Shown here one piece after another: positions 36,856 through 37,643 of a DNA stretch of 37,643 bases. Made by a program: the position numbers and the translations under genes. This DNA is from Nemertoderma westbladi. Taxonomy: Eukaryota; Animalia; Xenacoelomorpha. The DNA lies in assembly GCA_032718475.1 (NCBI GenBank), contig JAUCBJ010004829.1, positions 1-37,643 on the forward strand. Reading direction: 5' to 3'. The notes under the pieces are model-generated. The model ran no database searches. It was not told where the DNA came from and saw only the letters and a list, made by a program, of their open reading frames with translations. Position 1 is the first letter of the stretch; each line of letters starts with the position of its first letter.

Positions 36856-37643
36856 CCTTTTTCTCAGTTTGTCGATTTTGGCTTTTTTCATCACTAAATT
36901 CCCGAACTACTTTTTATTTTTTGCACAATTGTCATCAAACATATACCAAAATTTTCAGCAGGTTTATGGCTACAGTCGTGAGTATTGTGTAAAACAAGGC
37001 AATTTGGATGTTCTAGAACCGATTTTGTAACTGTTACCCTTGTTGCGCAAAATATAGTCAGATCGTACTAAAACCCCCATAAATACTTCAAAAACAATAA
37101 TTTCAAGCTGCAATTTTAATAAAAGATGGTCTAAATATCTCTGCCCATTGTGCCAAACTCATGGACTGAGAACTTAAACCCGTTGGTATTACTGATCCTT
37201 AAATAATATATATTTTACATTATAAAAGCGTCAAAATATATACAATTTTGAAAAAACCGACCTGCACAAAAAGTGCCATATTACAAACGGATTTACGATA
37301 TTTACGATTTACTGTGTTGACCATACTCAGTGTTCATTATAGTAAAAGATCACAGATCATTTTGTTAAAGTTTCAGAATAGTAGCTTCATAAATAAAAAT
37401 AATAGACCTGGGGTAATGGTCCTCTGTTAGGACATGTATTTTACGTATTAATTATTTTACGAAGTTAAATAACAACTGATGACCCAGTAGTTGCATGCAT
37501 TGAGTGATCAGCTGGTCGACGGTTTCGCCATTCAAATGATGACCGAAATGTAATTAATAAAATTTAGAAATTCGAAATTAATAAAATTAATTTAAGAAAT
37601 TCTTTACTTACCGAGGTACATTTTTTTCCATAGAAACCACGCG

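Noticed and set aside
36856-36910. TTTTCTC near both array ends, and ACTAC (36906) matching the 5 bp beside the putative BEL LTR (4554-4558), as possible TSDs
   Set aside because: Neither is flush with the junctions or preceded by an LTR end; matches this short are expected by chance.
37248-37430. 60-aa ORF
   Set aside because: TTG start, minimal length, no recognisable features.
37470-37550. Hammerhead ribozyme-like words (CTGATGA at 37476, TGATGACCGAAA, minus-strand CGAAAC)
   Set aside because: I could not assemble CUGANGA-stem II-GAAA-stem III-UH with proper stems on either strand. An Infernal search would settle it.

Overview
Eukaryotic (probably invertebrate), AT-rich, repeat-dominated window with no recognisable host gene. 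About 79% is one satellite array of a 28-bp monomer (CTCTAGACTCTCTGTATATTTGTATATA; 5363-34499 and 36291-36855) with nested higher-order structure. A young, 5'-truncated RTE-clade LINE (34500-36290) interrupts it; it has an intact RT frame, a 9-bp TSD, a (GTA)n tail and a triplicated 5' junction. Left of the array are the 3' end of a BEL/Pao LTR retrotransposon cut off by the satellite, a diverged ~130-bp duplication, and a 5'-truncated L2-type LINE with a TSD. The least explained part is 1-3000: a CpG-rich minus-strand cassette with an unknown ORF and an intact LINE-ORF1-like gene. No ORF2 follows that gene in the window. Instead it runs into a 78/131-bp tandem array that shares a 16-nt core with the large satellite. 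All short ORFs inside the satellite are artefacts. Family calls come from motifs recognised by eye; no searches were run.
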